Positions 1 to 9,690 of a stretch of DNA of 64,000 nt are shown piece after piece. Below the pieces are notes generated by a model, which saw only the letters and a program-made list of their open reading frames with translations, was not told the origin of the DNA and made no database searches. The position numbers and the translations under genes were made by a program. The DNA is taken from assembly GCA_963763775.1 (NCBI GenBank), contig CAVXPZ010000002.1:28331-92330 (forward strand), given 5' to 3'. Source of the stretch: an uncultured Chloroflexia bacterium. Lineage in GTDB: Bacteria > Chloroflexota > Limnocylindria > Limnocylindrales > CSP1-4. The stretch's first letter is position 1, and every line of letters starts with the position of its first letter.

Positions 1-29
1 CGCTGCGCTACGAATAGAGGAGACCTTCC

Positions 30-716
30 GTGTCCGACGATCCCACCACCCAGCACATCACTCCGATCACCCCGGCGTCGTCCCCGGCACCGGTCCCGCC
101 GGCCCCCGGGATGTCGGCGTCCGTCGTCGAGCCCGCCCCGCCGAACCTCGAACCGGTCAGGCCGGTGACGACCGCCGCGGCGCCGCGCAAGGGTTCGTCC
201 GGGCGCTGGCTCAACGTCCTCCTTGGCGTCGCGGTCGTCGTCGCCATCGGCGGCGTGGCCTTCGCGGTCGGTCGCAGCACGGCTCCCGCCTCGGCAGCGG
301 CCGCCGGCAACGGCACCTTCCGGGGCAACTTCGGCAACGGCACCGGCAACGGACCCAACGCCAGCGGCGCCCCGGGCTTCGCGAACGGCGGCGGTCGCTT
401 CCTCGGCGGCCTCGGCGGTGGTGGCGTCACGATCAAGGGCACGGTCCAGTCCGTCAACGGCGACACGATGACGATCACCACCGCCAGCGGGCAGACCGTC
501 AACGTGACGACGAGCGGCGACACCGCGTACCACCAGCAGGCAGCCGCGACCGCCTCCGACGTGACCGTCGGCGCGGGCGTCTCGGTCCAGGTCGACGTGA
601 GCGGCTTCGGGCGCGGCAACGGGAACGGGAACAACGGCAACGGGAATGGCAACGGCAACGGGCGACCGGCAATGGCGGAACGACCGGCAACGGCACCGTG
701 CCCAGCCCGACCCTGA
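30..716 (+). CDS. DUF5666-like secreted/membrane-anchored protein (paralog of 5125-5991); likely 3' frameshift
   Basis: GTG start 6-8 nt after GAGGAG. One N-terminal TM helix, a Gly/Asn-rich region and the repeated beta-strand motif TIKGTVQSVNGDTMTITTASGQTVNVTT. A GNGNGN repeat near the 3' end is followed by an out-of-frame continuation (...GNGTVPSPTLTATDVTVVP, stop at 744), suggesting an indel around 680-700. Confidence 0.5.
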   Translation: MSDDPTTQHITPITPASSPAPVPPAPGMSASVVEPAPPNLEPVRPVTTAAAPRKGSSGRWLNVLLGVAVVVAIGGVAFAVGRSTAPASAAAAGNGTFRGNFGNGTGNGPNASGAPGFANGGGRFLGGLGGGGVTIKGTVQSVNGDTMTITTASGQTVNVTTSGDTAYHQQAAATASDVTVGAGVSVQVDVSGFGRGNGNGNNGNGNGNGNGRPAMAERPATAPCPARP

Positions 717-766
717 CGGCCACCGACGTCACCGTCGTCCCGTGACGAAGGGGTAGGCTGACCGCC

Positions 767-1441
767 ATGCATCTGCTCGTCATCGAGGACGACCCGCGGC
801 TCAGCCGGCTGCTCCGGCGGCTCCTCGAGGAGGACCGCCACGTGGTCGAGCTGGCCACGGATGGCGAGACCGGTGTGGACATCGCGACCGCCACCGACGG
901 CATCGAGGCGATCGTGCTCGACATCGGGTTGCCGGACATGTCCGGCATCGAAGTGGCCCGCCGGGTCCGGGCGACCGGGTCCGACGTGGCCATCCTGATG
1001 CTCACCGCCCGCGACACCGTCGGAGACCGGGTCACCGGGCTCGACGCCGGCGCGGACGACTATCTCGTGAAGCCGTTCGCGTACGAGGAGCTCTCGGCAC
1101 GCCTTCGGGCGCTGGGCCGGCGCGGGCACGGGTCGCGCAGGCCCGAGCCCAAGCTCGTCGTCGGCCCGATCACCCTCGACGAGACGTCGCGCCGCGTGAC
1201 CCTCGACGGCAAGCGCATCGACCTGTCGCCGCGCGAGTTCTCGCTCCTCGAGTGCTTCCTCCGGCATCCGGGCCAGACGCTCTCGCGCGACCAGCTCCTC
1301 GATCAGGCGTGGCCGTTCAGCGTCGCGGTCACGCCGAACGCGGTCGACGCGTACATCCACTACCTGCGCGAGAAGCTCGGCGGGTCCGGCGGCCTCATCG
1401 AGACGGTCCGCGGCGTCGGGTACCGGCTCGCCGATGCCTGA
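767..1441 (+). CDS. OmpR-family two-component response regulator
   Basis: Receiver domain (MHLLVIEDDPRLSRLL..., D-box) followed by a winged-helix output domain ending ...VRGVGYRLADA. Overlaps the downstream kinase by 8 nt. Confidence 0.9.
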   Translation: MHLLVIEDDPRLSRLLRRLLEEDRHVVELATDGETGVDIATATDGIEAIVLDIGLPDMSGIEVARRVRATGSDVAILMLTARDTVGDRVTGLDAGADDYLVKPFAYEELSARLRALGRRGHGSRRPEPKLVVGPITLDETSRRVTLDGKRIDLSPREFSLLECFLRHPGQTLSRDQLLDQAWPFSVAVTPNAVDAYIHYLREKLGGSGGLIETVRGVGYRLADA

Positions 1442-2826
1442 CGGGACCCGCGGCGCCGACGAGCGGACCGAGGGTGAGCGAGCGGCCGACGAGGCCGATG
1501 CCGCCCTGGTCCGGCACGTCCGGCGCAACCTGGTCCTGTGGAGCGGGCTGACCACGCTCGTCATCCTCGTGGCCCTCGCGGGCGCCTTGTTCGTCGCCGC
1601 CTCGAGCTCGCTCGCCAGCTCCGGCACGGCCCAGCTCGAGGCCCGGATGACGATGATCAAGGGCCTCGCGAGCGGCCAGCGGCCGAGACCGGACGGCGAC
1701 GACAACCCCTACGGGTTCATCTTCGGCCAGGGTTCCGGCACGTTCGCGATGATCCTCGACTCGACGGGACAGCCGATCCAGCGTCCGAACTTCCGCGTCC
1801 CGCCCGGCCTGCCGGATACGACCGCGGCCGCGGCGGCGGCCGGCTCGGGCCGTGACCTGCGGACCGCCGACATCGAGGGGACGCCGATCCGGATCCTGAC
1901 CGAGCCCGATCCAGGACGCCTCGGGGACGACCTTCCTCATCCAGGTGGTCCAGGATCGCACCGCGGAGGCCCAGACGCTCACCATCATGCTGGCGGTCCT
2001 GCTCGTCGGCGGCCTGGTCGTGGTGGTCGTCGCGTTCGGGTTCGGGACCGTGTACGCGCGACGGGCCCTCGTGCCGATCCGGCAGTCGCTCGGGAACCAG
2101 CGGGCGGCTCTGCGACGACAGCGCGACTTCGCCGCGGACGCGAGCCACGAGCTCCGGACGCCGCTCACCGTCATCCGGAGCAGCGTCGAGTACCTCGGCC
2201 GGCATCGGGACGAGCCGGTGGCCGTGGTGGGGACCGCGCTCGAGGACATCGATGACGAGGTCCGCCACATGACGGCGATCGTCGAGGACCTGCTGCTGCT
2301 CGCGCGATCCGACTCCGGCGCCATCGAGCTCGAGCGCGTCCCGGTCGACCTCGGCGACGTCGTCACCGACGGTGCCTCCGCGCTCGCCAAGCCGGCGGCC
2401 GACCGAGGCGTGCGCGTCGAGGTGGACGCCGAGCCCGCCGTCGTCACGGGCGACCCGGCGCGTCTCCGCCAGCTCGTCATGATCCTGGTCGACAACGCGA
2501 TCCGCCACAGCCCCTCGGGCGGTCGAGTCGGCGTGACCGTCCAGACGGACGCGACCGGTTCCACGCTCACGGTGGACGACGAAGGACCGGGGATCCGGCC
2601 AGAGGACCTGCCGCACGTCTTCGAGCGCTTCTACCGTGCGCCCGGAGCCCCCGGCGGTGGCACGGGTCTCGGGCTCGCGATCGCCGCCTGGATCGTGGCG
2701 CGCCACGGCGGGCGGATCGCCGTCGGGAACCGGGCGAGCGGCGGCGCCAGCTTCAAGGTCCAGATCCCGAGCTCGAGCTCCGTGCGGCCGCTGCAGCCGG
2801 CAGCTCAGGCGGCGGACGCCAGATAG
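1434..2826 (+). CDS. sensor histidine kinase (apparent frameshift near 1900-1915)
   Basis: The 5' ORF encodes a TM and sensor region. The 3' ORF (another frame) carries the H-box ASHELRTPLT and an HATPase_c domain (GTGLGLAIA). The two frames join cleanly (...RILTEP / DASGTTFLIQVVQDRTAEAQTL), so a single indel splits the gene. Confidence 0.8.
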
Positions 2827-3539
2827 GGGTCCATCCCGGGTGTCCAGACGAGACGCCCGTCGGTGGTGATGGCCATCGCGGCGTGGTCGGGTCGGTCGGC
2901 CACCCAGGCCAGCCCGTCGAGACCCATCACGAAGGCCGCGGTCGCGTAGGCGTCCACGAAGGCGAGCCGCGGCCCGACCACGGTCAGGCTCCGCAGCGAC
3001 GTGGCCGGGTCGCCCGTGCGCGGGTCCAGGATGTGGTCGCCCCGCTCGTACGTGCCGGATGTCGCCACGGCTCGGTCGGTCACCGAGACCATCGCGGCGA
3101 TGCGGTCGACTCGGTCCGGGTGCCGGATCCCGATCCGCCAGGGTCGGCCGTCGTCGGCCAGGCCGCGGGCCAGGATGTCGCCGCCCGCGTTGATGAGGTA
3201 GTCGTCGACGCCCGCGTCATCGAGGATCCACGCAGCTTCCTCGACGGCCCAGCCCTTGACATAGGCCGACGGGTCGAGCCCGCCCACGGCCGGCTGCCGA
3301 CGCGCGTCGAACGCACCGCCGCTCGTCACCGCGAGGTGGTCACAGGCGGCGAGGACGTGCCGGACGTCGGGACTGCAGGTCTCCTCGGTCAGCTCGCCGC
3401 GGGCCAGACGGCTGATCTCGCTGTCGGCGCGGTACGTGCTGAACCGGGCGTCCACCTCGCGCAGATGGTCGACGACCCGGTCGAGGACGCCCGGCGGGAC
3501 CGCCTCGCGACGGGTGTCGATGCTGACCGCCGTCCCCAT
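2805..3539 (-). CDS. apbE: FAD:protein FMN transferase (ApbE family)
   Basis: N-terminal MGTAVSIDTR motif and full-length similarity to ApbE flavin transferases. The longer ORF upstream of the Met is Arg-rich and looks non-coding. Last gene of the minus-strand flavinylation operon. Confidence 0.8.
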   Translation of the reverse strand: MGTAVSIDTRREAVPPGVLDRVVDHLREVDARFSTYRADSEISRLARGELTEETCSPDVRHVLAACDHLAVTSGGAFDARRQPAVGGLDPSAYVKGWAVEEAAWILDDAGVDDYLINAGGDILARGLADDGRPWRIGIRHPDRVDRIAAMVSVTDRAVATSGTYERGDHILDPRTGDPATSLRSLTVVGPRLAFVDAYATAAFVMGLDGLAWVADRPDHAAMAITTDGRLVWTPGMDPYLASAA

Positions 3540-3564
3540 GACGTGCTCGACGCGGGTCGCCACC

Positions 3565-4074
3565 CTAGATCCCCGCCTGGTCCAGCGCGGCCTGGAGGCT
3601 CTGGGCGTAAGCCTCGCTCGTGTACGTCGCACCGGAGACCCCGTCGATATTGGCGCTCTGCGCCTGGAGTGCCTGCTCGCGCAGGAGCGGCTCGGCCGCC
3701 CGCGAGATCCGACCCGAGTGGCCACCGGACGGCAGCTGCATGGCCGTGATGTCGGTGACCTTGCCGCCGCTCACGGTGATCGAGACCTGCACGGGTCCGA
3801 ACTGCGTGTCGACGACCGGGCCGCTGACCGTGGCGCCGGCCGGCGTGGCCGTCGCGCCAGATCCGGTCGTCGGGGCCGATGTCGCCGCCGGGGTCGTGGT
3901 CGTGCCGCCGGCGGTCGTGCCGCCGGCCGTCGTCGGCGCCGCTGTGGCCGTGTCGGCGAATGCGCTGCCGCTGATCGAGTTGCCGACCACCTGGTCGGGG
4001 GTCTTGAAACTGAGCAACAGGATCAGGGCGACCGTCGTGACGGCGATGGCGGCTGCGCCGCGTTTGGGAAACAT
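3565..4074 (-). CDS. FMN-binding domain protein (ApbE substrate type), membrane-anchored
   Basis: Start MFPKRG with an N-terminal TM helix and a Thr/Ala-rich linker. C-terminal FMN_bind-type domain (...SITVSGGKVTDITAMQLPSGGHSGRISRAAEPLLREQALQAQSANIDGVSGATYTSEAY) containing the flavinylation-type motif GVSGAT. Confidence 0.8.
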   Translation of the reverse strand: MFPKRGAAAIAVTTVALILLLSFKTPDQVVGNSISGSAFADTATAAPTTAGGTTAGGTTTTPAATSAPTTGSGATATPAGATVSGPVVDTQFGPVQVSITVSGGKVTDITAMQLPSGGHSGRISRAAEPLLREQALQAQSANIDGVSGATYTSEAYAQSLQAALDQAGI

Positions 4075-4085
4075 CGATCCGGACC

Positions 4086-4946
4086 TCAGCTCTGGGTGGC
4101 GCCCACGGCCTGCTGGATCAGGCTCGACGCGGCGCTGATGGGGATCGCGAAGCCGAGTCCCTCGGCCTCGGAGGACACGGCGGTGTTGACGCCGACGACG
4201 GCCCCGCTGGCGTCCAGCAGCGGCCCGCCGCTGTTGCCGGGGTTGATCGCCGCGTCGGTCTGGATGAGGCCCGTGAGGGTCTCCGGCTGGCCCGTCTCCT
4301 CGTCGGACACCGTGATCGTGCGGTCGACCGCGGAGACGATGCCCTTGGTGACGGTTTCGGTGAACGTGCCGAGCGGGCTGCCGATCGCGATGGCTTCCTG
4401 CCCGACCTGGAGCGGGGTCGCGCCCGCGATCCGCGCCGCCGCGAGACCGGTGGCCTCGACCTTGATCAGGGCCAGGTCCTGATCGTCCGAGATCTTGACG
4501 ACCTGCGCGTCGTACTGCGTGCCGTCCTCGAGTTCGACCGACAGGGACGAGCTCCCGGCCACGACGTGGCGGTTCGTCAGGATGTAGCCGTCGGCCGTCA
4601 GGATGATCCCGGAGCCCACGCCGGTCGTCGGGACCGCGAACGGCGACAAGCCACCGCCGGACTGGCTGTCCGCCGTGATCGTCACGACCGAGGCGGTCGC
4701 GGCGGCCACCACGTCCGTGATGTCCTTGGCCTTGGCGGCGGTCATCCCGACGGCCGTGCCCGAGCCGACCGAGGCCGGCGTCGCGGACGCGGCTGGCGCG
4801 CCACCGCCCACGATCAGCGCTGCGGTGGTGGTCGAGGCGAGGACCGCGGACAGCAGCGAGACCGCGAAGACGGAGCGGCCGAGGCGGCGCGTCGGCGTTG
4901 CCGGGGAGCGCCCGGGCTCCGGGGCGGCGGCGCTCTGGCGTGTCAT
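4086..4946 (-). CDS. trypsin-like serine protease (S1C, HtrA-like, no PDZ domain)
   Basis: N-terminal TM helix, then a chymotrypsin fold with the motifs TNRHVV (His), DLALIK (Asp) and GNSGGPL (Ser). Confidence 0.8.
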   Translation of the reverse strand: MTRQSAAAPEPGRSPATPTRRLGRSVFAVSLLSAVLASTTTAALIVGGGAPAASATPASVGSGTAVGMTAAKAKDITDVVAAATASVVTITADSQSGGGLSPFAVPTTGVGSGIILTADGYILTNRHVVAGSSSLSVELEDGTQYDAQVVKISDDQDLALIKVEATGLAAARIAGATPLQVGQEAIAIGSPLGTFTETVTKGIVSAVDRTITVSDEETGQPETLTGLIQTDAAINPGNSGGPLLDASGAVVGVNTAVSSEAEGLGFAIPISAASSLIQQAVGATQS

Positions 4947-5124
4947 CGCGGGGCGCCGGGGTCAGGACGGTGGTGTCGTACATCGGGGGTTCTCCAGGTC
5001 GTCGCGTCGCGTCGGTCCCTCCCCGACGATCCCCATGTAAGCCGGTTCGCGTGAGAGGCTGCTGAGAATCGAACGACGCGGCGACCGCGAGGGTCGCCGC
5101 GTCGTCTCGGGTCGGTGCCGCGAG

Positions 5125-5991
5125 TCAGCCGGCGCCGGCGGACGGGACCGGGGAGGCGTTCGGCGAACCGTCCTGCGGGCCGCTGGCGCCCGGCCAGCCG
5201 GGGCCGTCGCCGTCGCGATGGAACATGCCGCCGCCGAGGCCGCCGGCGACCGCCTCTGCGTCGAGCGAGCCGTCGGCGCGCTGGGTGCCCTGGGCCACGA
5301 TGAACGCGTCCACCTTGATGTCCGCGAGCGTCGGGTTCGTGACGCCGGCGACCTGGTAGGTCGTCGAGCTGTCGACATGGATCGTCTGGGTCGTCCCCCC
5401 GAAGCCCTGGACCGTGATGGTGGAGCCGTCGACCTTCGTGACCTGGCCGAAGACGGTCGGGATCACGACACGCACGGCCGTGATGGTGTAGGTGCCATCG
5501 GTCTGGCGATCCTGGCGGAACGAGATCTGGTCGCCGACCTTGAGGTCAGCCACCGCGATCGTCTTGCCGGCCCGCGTGATCGCGGTGTCGCTCGTGACGG
5601 TGATGGTCCGTGTCCAGCCGTCGTCGGTCTTGAGCGAGAGATCGGAGCCGTTGATCGCCGTGATGGTCACGCCGCGTCCGACCCCGAATCCGGGGCCTGC
5701 GTCACCACCGAAGAAGCCGAAGCCGCGGCCGCCCATCATCGGACCGCCGTTGCGTGGGCCGAGGTTCGGGTCCGCCGAGGTGGCCGGTGCGCTGGACGGC
5801 GCCGCCGACGGATCGGTCACGGTCGACGGGTCGGCACCGGTCGACGGCGCGGGCGAGGCGCCCATCACCGACATCACGCCGACCGCGAAGAGCAACGCGG
5901 AACCCAGGACGATCCCGCCCCGCGTCGCGCCTCGCGACAGGAGTGGGCGATGGATGCGCTCGTGGAACTCGGTGGGCTCTCGCTCGGTCAT
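5125..5991 (-). CDS. DUF5666-like secreted protein (paralog of 30-716)
   Basis: N-terminal TM/signal helix, a Gly-rich segment and a repeated T-x-T-V/I beta-strand pattern (GVTITAINGSDLSLKTDDGWTRTITVTSDTAITRAGKTIAV...), the same architecture as the first ORF. Confidence 0.55.
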   Translation of the reverse strand: MTEREPTEFHERIHRPLLSRGATRGGIVLGSALLFAVGVMSVMGASPAPSTGADPSTVTDPSAAPSSAPATSADPNLGPRNGGPMMGGRGFGFFGGDAGPGFGVGRGVTITAINGSDLSLKTDDGWTRTITVTSDTAITRAGKTIAVADLKVGDQISFRQDRQTDGTYTITAVRVVIPTVFGQVTKVDGSTITVQGFGGTTQTIHVDSSTTYQVAGVTNPTLADIKVDAFIVAQGTQRADGSLDAEAVAGGLGGGMFHRDGDGPGWPGASGPQDGSPNASPVPSAGAG

Positions 5992-6017
5992 TCGGACACT
6001 CCGTGGTCGTGTTGGGA

Positions 6018-6069
6018 TCTCGATGGCGGGTCGATGGACGGACCCGTGCAGCGCTGAGTCTCGATGGCG
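6018..6069. promoter_or_regulatory. three direct repeats TCGATGG(C/A)CG upstream of the DUF5666-htrA-FMNbind-apbE operon; candidate response-regulator operator
   Basis: TCTCGATGGCG at 6018-6028 and 6059-6069, TCGATGGACG at 6031-6040. Spacings are about 11 and 30 bp (helical periodicity). They lie 27-75 bp upstream of the 5991 start codon. Confidence 0.35.
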
Positions 6070-6163
6070 ATTCTTCGAGGGTCCTGAGAACGGGCGGATC
6101 CGGGGCGTGCGGGCAACATCGTCGGCGTCGCCGTCTCGGCGGGGCGCGTGAGCCCCGACCGGG

Positions 6164-7546
6164 CTAGTACGCGAACCGCTCGGCGTGGATCTGCGATCCC
6201 GGGACGCGCAGTTCGGCCAGCGACGCCTCGACGGTCTGCATCATCGGGACCGGGGCGCAGATGTAGACATCGCGGTCGACGACGTCGGGCACGAGCGTCA
6301 GCAAGGCGCGAGGCGCCAACGGATCCCCGGGCATGGCCGCGGACCCGCGTCGACCGATCACGTAGTGCACCGCGATGCCGCGCTGGCGAGCCAGCTGGTC
6401 GAGCTCGTCGCGGAAGACGATGTCGGCGGGTCGGGCCGCGCGATAGACGAGCACGAGCTCGCCGGGAGCGGCCGGCAGGGCCTCCAGCAGCGCGCGCAGC
6501 GGCGTGATGCCGATACCGCCGGCGATCATCAGGACCCGGCGTCGCGTCCGTCGGGCCCCCGTGAGGATCCCGTACGGCCCCTCGACGCCGACGCGCGTCC
6601 CCGCGTGGATCTCCTGGAGCTGCTTGGACCAATCGCCGAGGTCCTTGACGGTGATCCGCAGCCAGCGGCCGTTCGGCGCCGACGAGATCGAGAAGGGATG
6701 GGCCCGCCACCAGCCGTCGCGCGTGAGGAACCGCCACTGGAACCACTGGCCGGCACGGACGGCGAGCTGATCGAGGTCACGGCCCGTGATGTAGAGGCTG
6801 ACCACGCCCGGCGCCTCCTGGACGACGTTGGCGACCACGAGGCGGTGTCGAAGCGACGTCCGGACCGGCTGTCCGACCCGGAAGACCAGGATGAGCGCGA
6901 TGGTCGCGAGGTACAGCCCGATCCAGTACATCGACGCGACCTGGTCGTGCATGAAGTCCGAGCCCACGAAGAGCTGGTGGAGGAACCCGAGGGCGATCGC
7001 GAGGTAGGCGTACAGGTGGATGCCGTACCACGTCTCCCGCGACAGCTTTCGACGCGCGGCCCGGATCGAGGTGATCGTCACGGCCGCGAACAGGCCGGCG
7101 CTGACGGTGGCCATGAGGACGTAGGGATACGTGGTCACGAGCGCGACGAACTCGTCGACGACGCTCGAGCCGTCACCCAGGGCGTAGCCGACCGTCGTCG
7201 CGACGATGTGGCCGAGCAACAGCCAGGCCGTGGCGAACCCGAGCCACCGATGGGCGACCGCGAGGCCGTCCATCCCGAAGGTCTGGTCGAGCCATGGACT
7301 CCGGGACATGAGGACGAGCTGGATGAGGGCGAAGTAGGTGCCGTAGAGCGCGGTGACCTGGCCGATCGCCGTCAGGAGCCCGGCAGGGCTCGAGAGCTCG
7401 GCCGTGCCGCCGTGGCGGAACCACATCAACCCGATCACGATCGCCTGGGCGATCAGGACCGCCACGACGTCCGCGCCGCGCAGCCGACGCGACCGCGGCA
7501 TCGGGACGGCGCGCGGTGCAGCGGCAGTCTGCGGGCGGCTGGTCAT
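6164..7546 (-). CDS. ferric-reductase-like transmembrane flavocytochrome (FRD domain + FAD-binding + NAD(P)-binding; NOX/MsrQ-like)
   Basis: About 6 TM helices with conserved His pairs, then the ferredoxin-reductase-type motifs HPFSISS (FAD) and MIAGGIGITP (NAD). The upstream part of the longer ORF is Arg-rich, so the start is placed at MTSRPQ. Confidence 0.8.
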   Translation of the reverse strand: MTSRPQTAAAPRAVPMPRSRRLRGADVVAVLIAQAIVIGLMWFRHGGTAELSSPAGLLTAIGQVTALYGTYFALIQLVLMSRSPWLDQTFGMDGLAVAHRWLGFATAWLLLGHIVATTVGYALGDGSSVVDEFVALVTTYPYVLMATVSAGLFAAVTITSIRAARRKLSRETWYGIHLYAYLAIALGFLHQLFVGSDFMHDQVASMYWIGLYLATIALILVFRVGQPVRTSLRHRLVVANVVQEAPGVVSLYITGRDLDQLAVRAGQWFQWRFLTRDGWWRAHPFSISSAPNGRWLRITVKDLGDWSKQLQEIHAGTRVGVEGPYGILTGARRTRRRVLMIAGGIGITPLRALLEALPAAPGELVLVYRAARPADIVFRDELDQLARQRGIAVHYVIGRRGSAAMPGDPLAPRALLTLVPDVVDRDVYICAPVPMMQTVEASLAELRVPGSQIHAERFAY

Positions 7547-7616
7547 GGTCCGGATGCTGGGGCCGGACGCTGAGAGGAATCTGAGAGCGCGATACTGCGC
7601 GGGACAGGAGGTTCGG

Positions 7617-9620
7617 ATGCGAGAACCCGGCCCCTCGTGGCCGATCTTCGGGCGCGACGGCGACGGCGTGGCGTGGCGACCTGATCCGGCCATGACCGGG
7701 GCGTCGCTCCTCGAGGGGTTCCTCCGGACCACCGGGGAGCGGAGTCTCGAGACGGTGCAGGCCCGCGCGGCCGCCGACCCGGCATGGTTCTGGGGAGCGG
7801 CGGCGGACGACGTCGGGATCCGCTGGCAGCGCCGGCCGTCCGGGATCCTCGACCTCTCCGGCGGGCCGGCGTGGGCTCGCTGGTGGAGCGGGGCTGCCTG
7901 GAACTACGCGCGCGCCGCGGTCGAGGCGGCCGACGCCGCGGACGGGGACCGGCCCCGGCTCGTCTGGGAAGGCGAGGACGGCGCGGTCGTCACGCTGACC
8001 GGCCGAGAGCTCGCCGCGGCCGTCGACGTGGCGGTCCGTCGCCTGGCCGCGCACGGGGTGCGTCCCGGCGACCGGGTCGGGGTGCTGCTGCCGATGCTTC
8101 CCGAGACCGTGGTCTCGGTCCTCGCCCTCGGCCGGCTCCAGGCGATCTTCACGCCGATCTTCAGCGGCTACGGCGCACCGGCGATCGCGACCCGGCTCGC
8201 CGACTGCGAGGCGTCGCTGCTGATCACCGCGGACGGGTTCCTGCGGCGTGGGACATGGGTCCAGCTCAAGGCCGTCGCCGACGAGGCGGTCGCGGGCGTC
8301 CCGTCGATCCGCCGGTTGCTCGTGGTCCGCCGCGCGGGCGACGCCCTCGAGACACCCTGGACCCAGGGCCGCGACGCCTGGTGGCACGACCCGGTGGCCG
8401 GGGAGGCCGGCGGTCCCGCGCCCGATGCCGGCAGCGAGACCGATCCCGAGACGCCGTACATGCTCATCTACACATCGGGCACGACCGGGCGTCCGAAGGG
8501 GGCGGTCCACGTGCACGGCGGCTTCCCGATCAAGGCCGCCCAGGACCTGGCCCATCAGTTCGACCTCGGACCGGCCGACACGCTCTTCTGGTTCACGGAC
8601 CTGGGCTGGATGATGGGCCCGTGGGCGATCGCCGGCACACTGCTCCGCGGTGCTCGACTCGTCCTCTACGAGGGCGCGCCGGACTTCCCGGGGCCGGACC
8701 GGCTGTGGTCCCTGGTGGCACGCCACCGGGTCACCCACCTCGGCCTGTCCCCCACCGTCATCCGCGCGCTGATGGCCCACGGCGAGGAACCGGTCCGGTC
8801 GCACGACCGCTCGTCGCTCCGGGTCCTCGGCTCGACCGGCGAGCCGTGGAACCCGAGCCCTTGGTGGTGGTATTTCCGCGAGGTCGGGGAGGGCCGCTGC
8901 CCGATCGTCAACTACTCGGGCGGGACCGAGGTCTCGGGCGGGATCGTGTCCGGGAACGTCGTCGGGCCGATCAAGCCGGCGTCGTTCTCGGGGCCGTGCA
9001 TCGGGACCATCGCGGACGTCGTGGACGAGGCGGGGACCTCGGTGCGCGGCGCGGTGGGCGAACTCGTGATCCGGGCGCCGATGCCGGGCATGACCCGGGG
9101 GTTCTGGCGCGATCCCGAGCGCTACGAGTCCACCTATTGGTCGCGGATCCCCGGCACGTGGGTCCATGGCGACTGGGCGCTCCGTGGATCCGACGGCTTC
9201 TGGTACATCCACGGCCGGTCCGACGACACGCTCAAGGTGGCCGGCAAGCGCGTCGGGCCGGCGGAGGTCGAGAGTGCGGCCGTCTCGCACCCGGCAGTCC
9301 TGGAGGCGGCCGCGATCGGCGTCCCGCACGAGATCAAGGGGGAGGTCGTCGTGGTGCTCTGCGTCCTGCGCCCGGGAGAGACCGACGACCCGGCACTCCG
9401 ATCGGCGATCTCCGCGACCGTCGCCGAGCAGCTCGGCAAGCCGCTCAAGCCCGAGACGGTCGCCGTGGTCCGGGCCCTGCCCAAGACGCGCTCGGGCAAG
9501 GTCATGCGCCGCGTCGCCCGCGCGACATGGCTGGGTCTCGACCCGGGTGACCTCTCGACCCTCGATGACGCCGGGGCGCTCGACGCGATCCGGTCCGTGG
9601 CCCCACCGCGACCGGGCTGA
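7617..9620 (+). CDS. AMP-forming acyl-CoA synthetase (acetyl-CoA synthetase-like)
   Basis: ATG follows GGAGG. AMP-binding motifs YTSGTTGRPKGAV and WFTDLGWMMG, plus a C-terminal ...KTRSGKVMRR typical of the Acs family. Confidence 0.85.
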   Translation: MREPGPSWPIFGRDGDGVAWRPDPAMTGASLLEGFLRTTGERSLETVQARAAADPAWFWGAAADDVGIRWQRRPSGILDLSGGPAWARWWSGAAWNYARAAVEAADAADGDRPRLVWEGEDGAVVTLTGRELAAAVDVAVRRLAAHGVRPGDRVGVLLPMLPETVVSVLALGRLQAIFTPIFSGYGAPAIATRLADCEASLLITADGFLRRGTWVQLKAVADEAVAGVPSIRRLLVVRRAGDALETPWTQGRDAWWHDPVAGEAGGPAPDAGSETDPETPYMLIYTSGTTGRPKGAVHVHGGFPIKAAQDLAHQFDLGPADTLFWFTDLGWMMGPWAIAGTLLRGARLVLYEGAPDFPGPDRLWSLVARHRVTHLGLSPTVIRALMAHGEEPVRSHDRSSLRVLGSTGEPWNPSPWWWYFREVGEGRCPIVNYSGGTEVSGGIVSGNVVGPIKPASFSGPCIGTIADVVDEAGTSVRGAVGELVIRAPMPGMTRGFWRDPERYESTYWSRIPGTWVHGDWALRGSDGFWYIHGRSDDTLKVAGKRVGPAEVESAAVSHPAVLEAAAIGVPHEIKGEVVVVLCVLRPGETDDPALRSAISATVAEQLGKPLKPETVAVVRALPKTRSGKVMRRVARATWLGLDPGDLSTLDDAGALDAIRSVAPPRPG

Positions 9621-9690
9621 CCGGTCATGGCCGGCCGGCGCGACGGTCGCGGCCGGCCCGCGACGGCCGCGGCGCCGTATCCTTGGCGAC

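Noticed and set aside
3565-4983. 472-aa minus-strand ORF
   Set aside because: Only its last 169 aa (the FMN_bind protein, 3565-4074) are real. The remainder is an off-frame of the HtrA-like gene
9618-9690. TGACCGGTCA palindrome and CGCGACGG(T/C)CGCGGC direct repeat after the Acs stop
   Set aside because: The palindrome is short and includes the stop codon, and the repeats are GC-rich and could arise by chance. Listed only as a weak terminator or operator possibility
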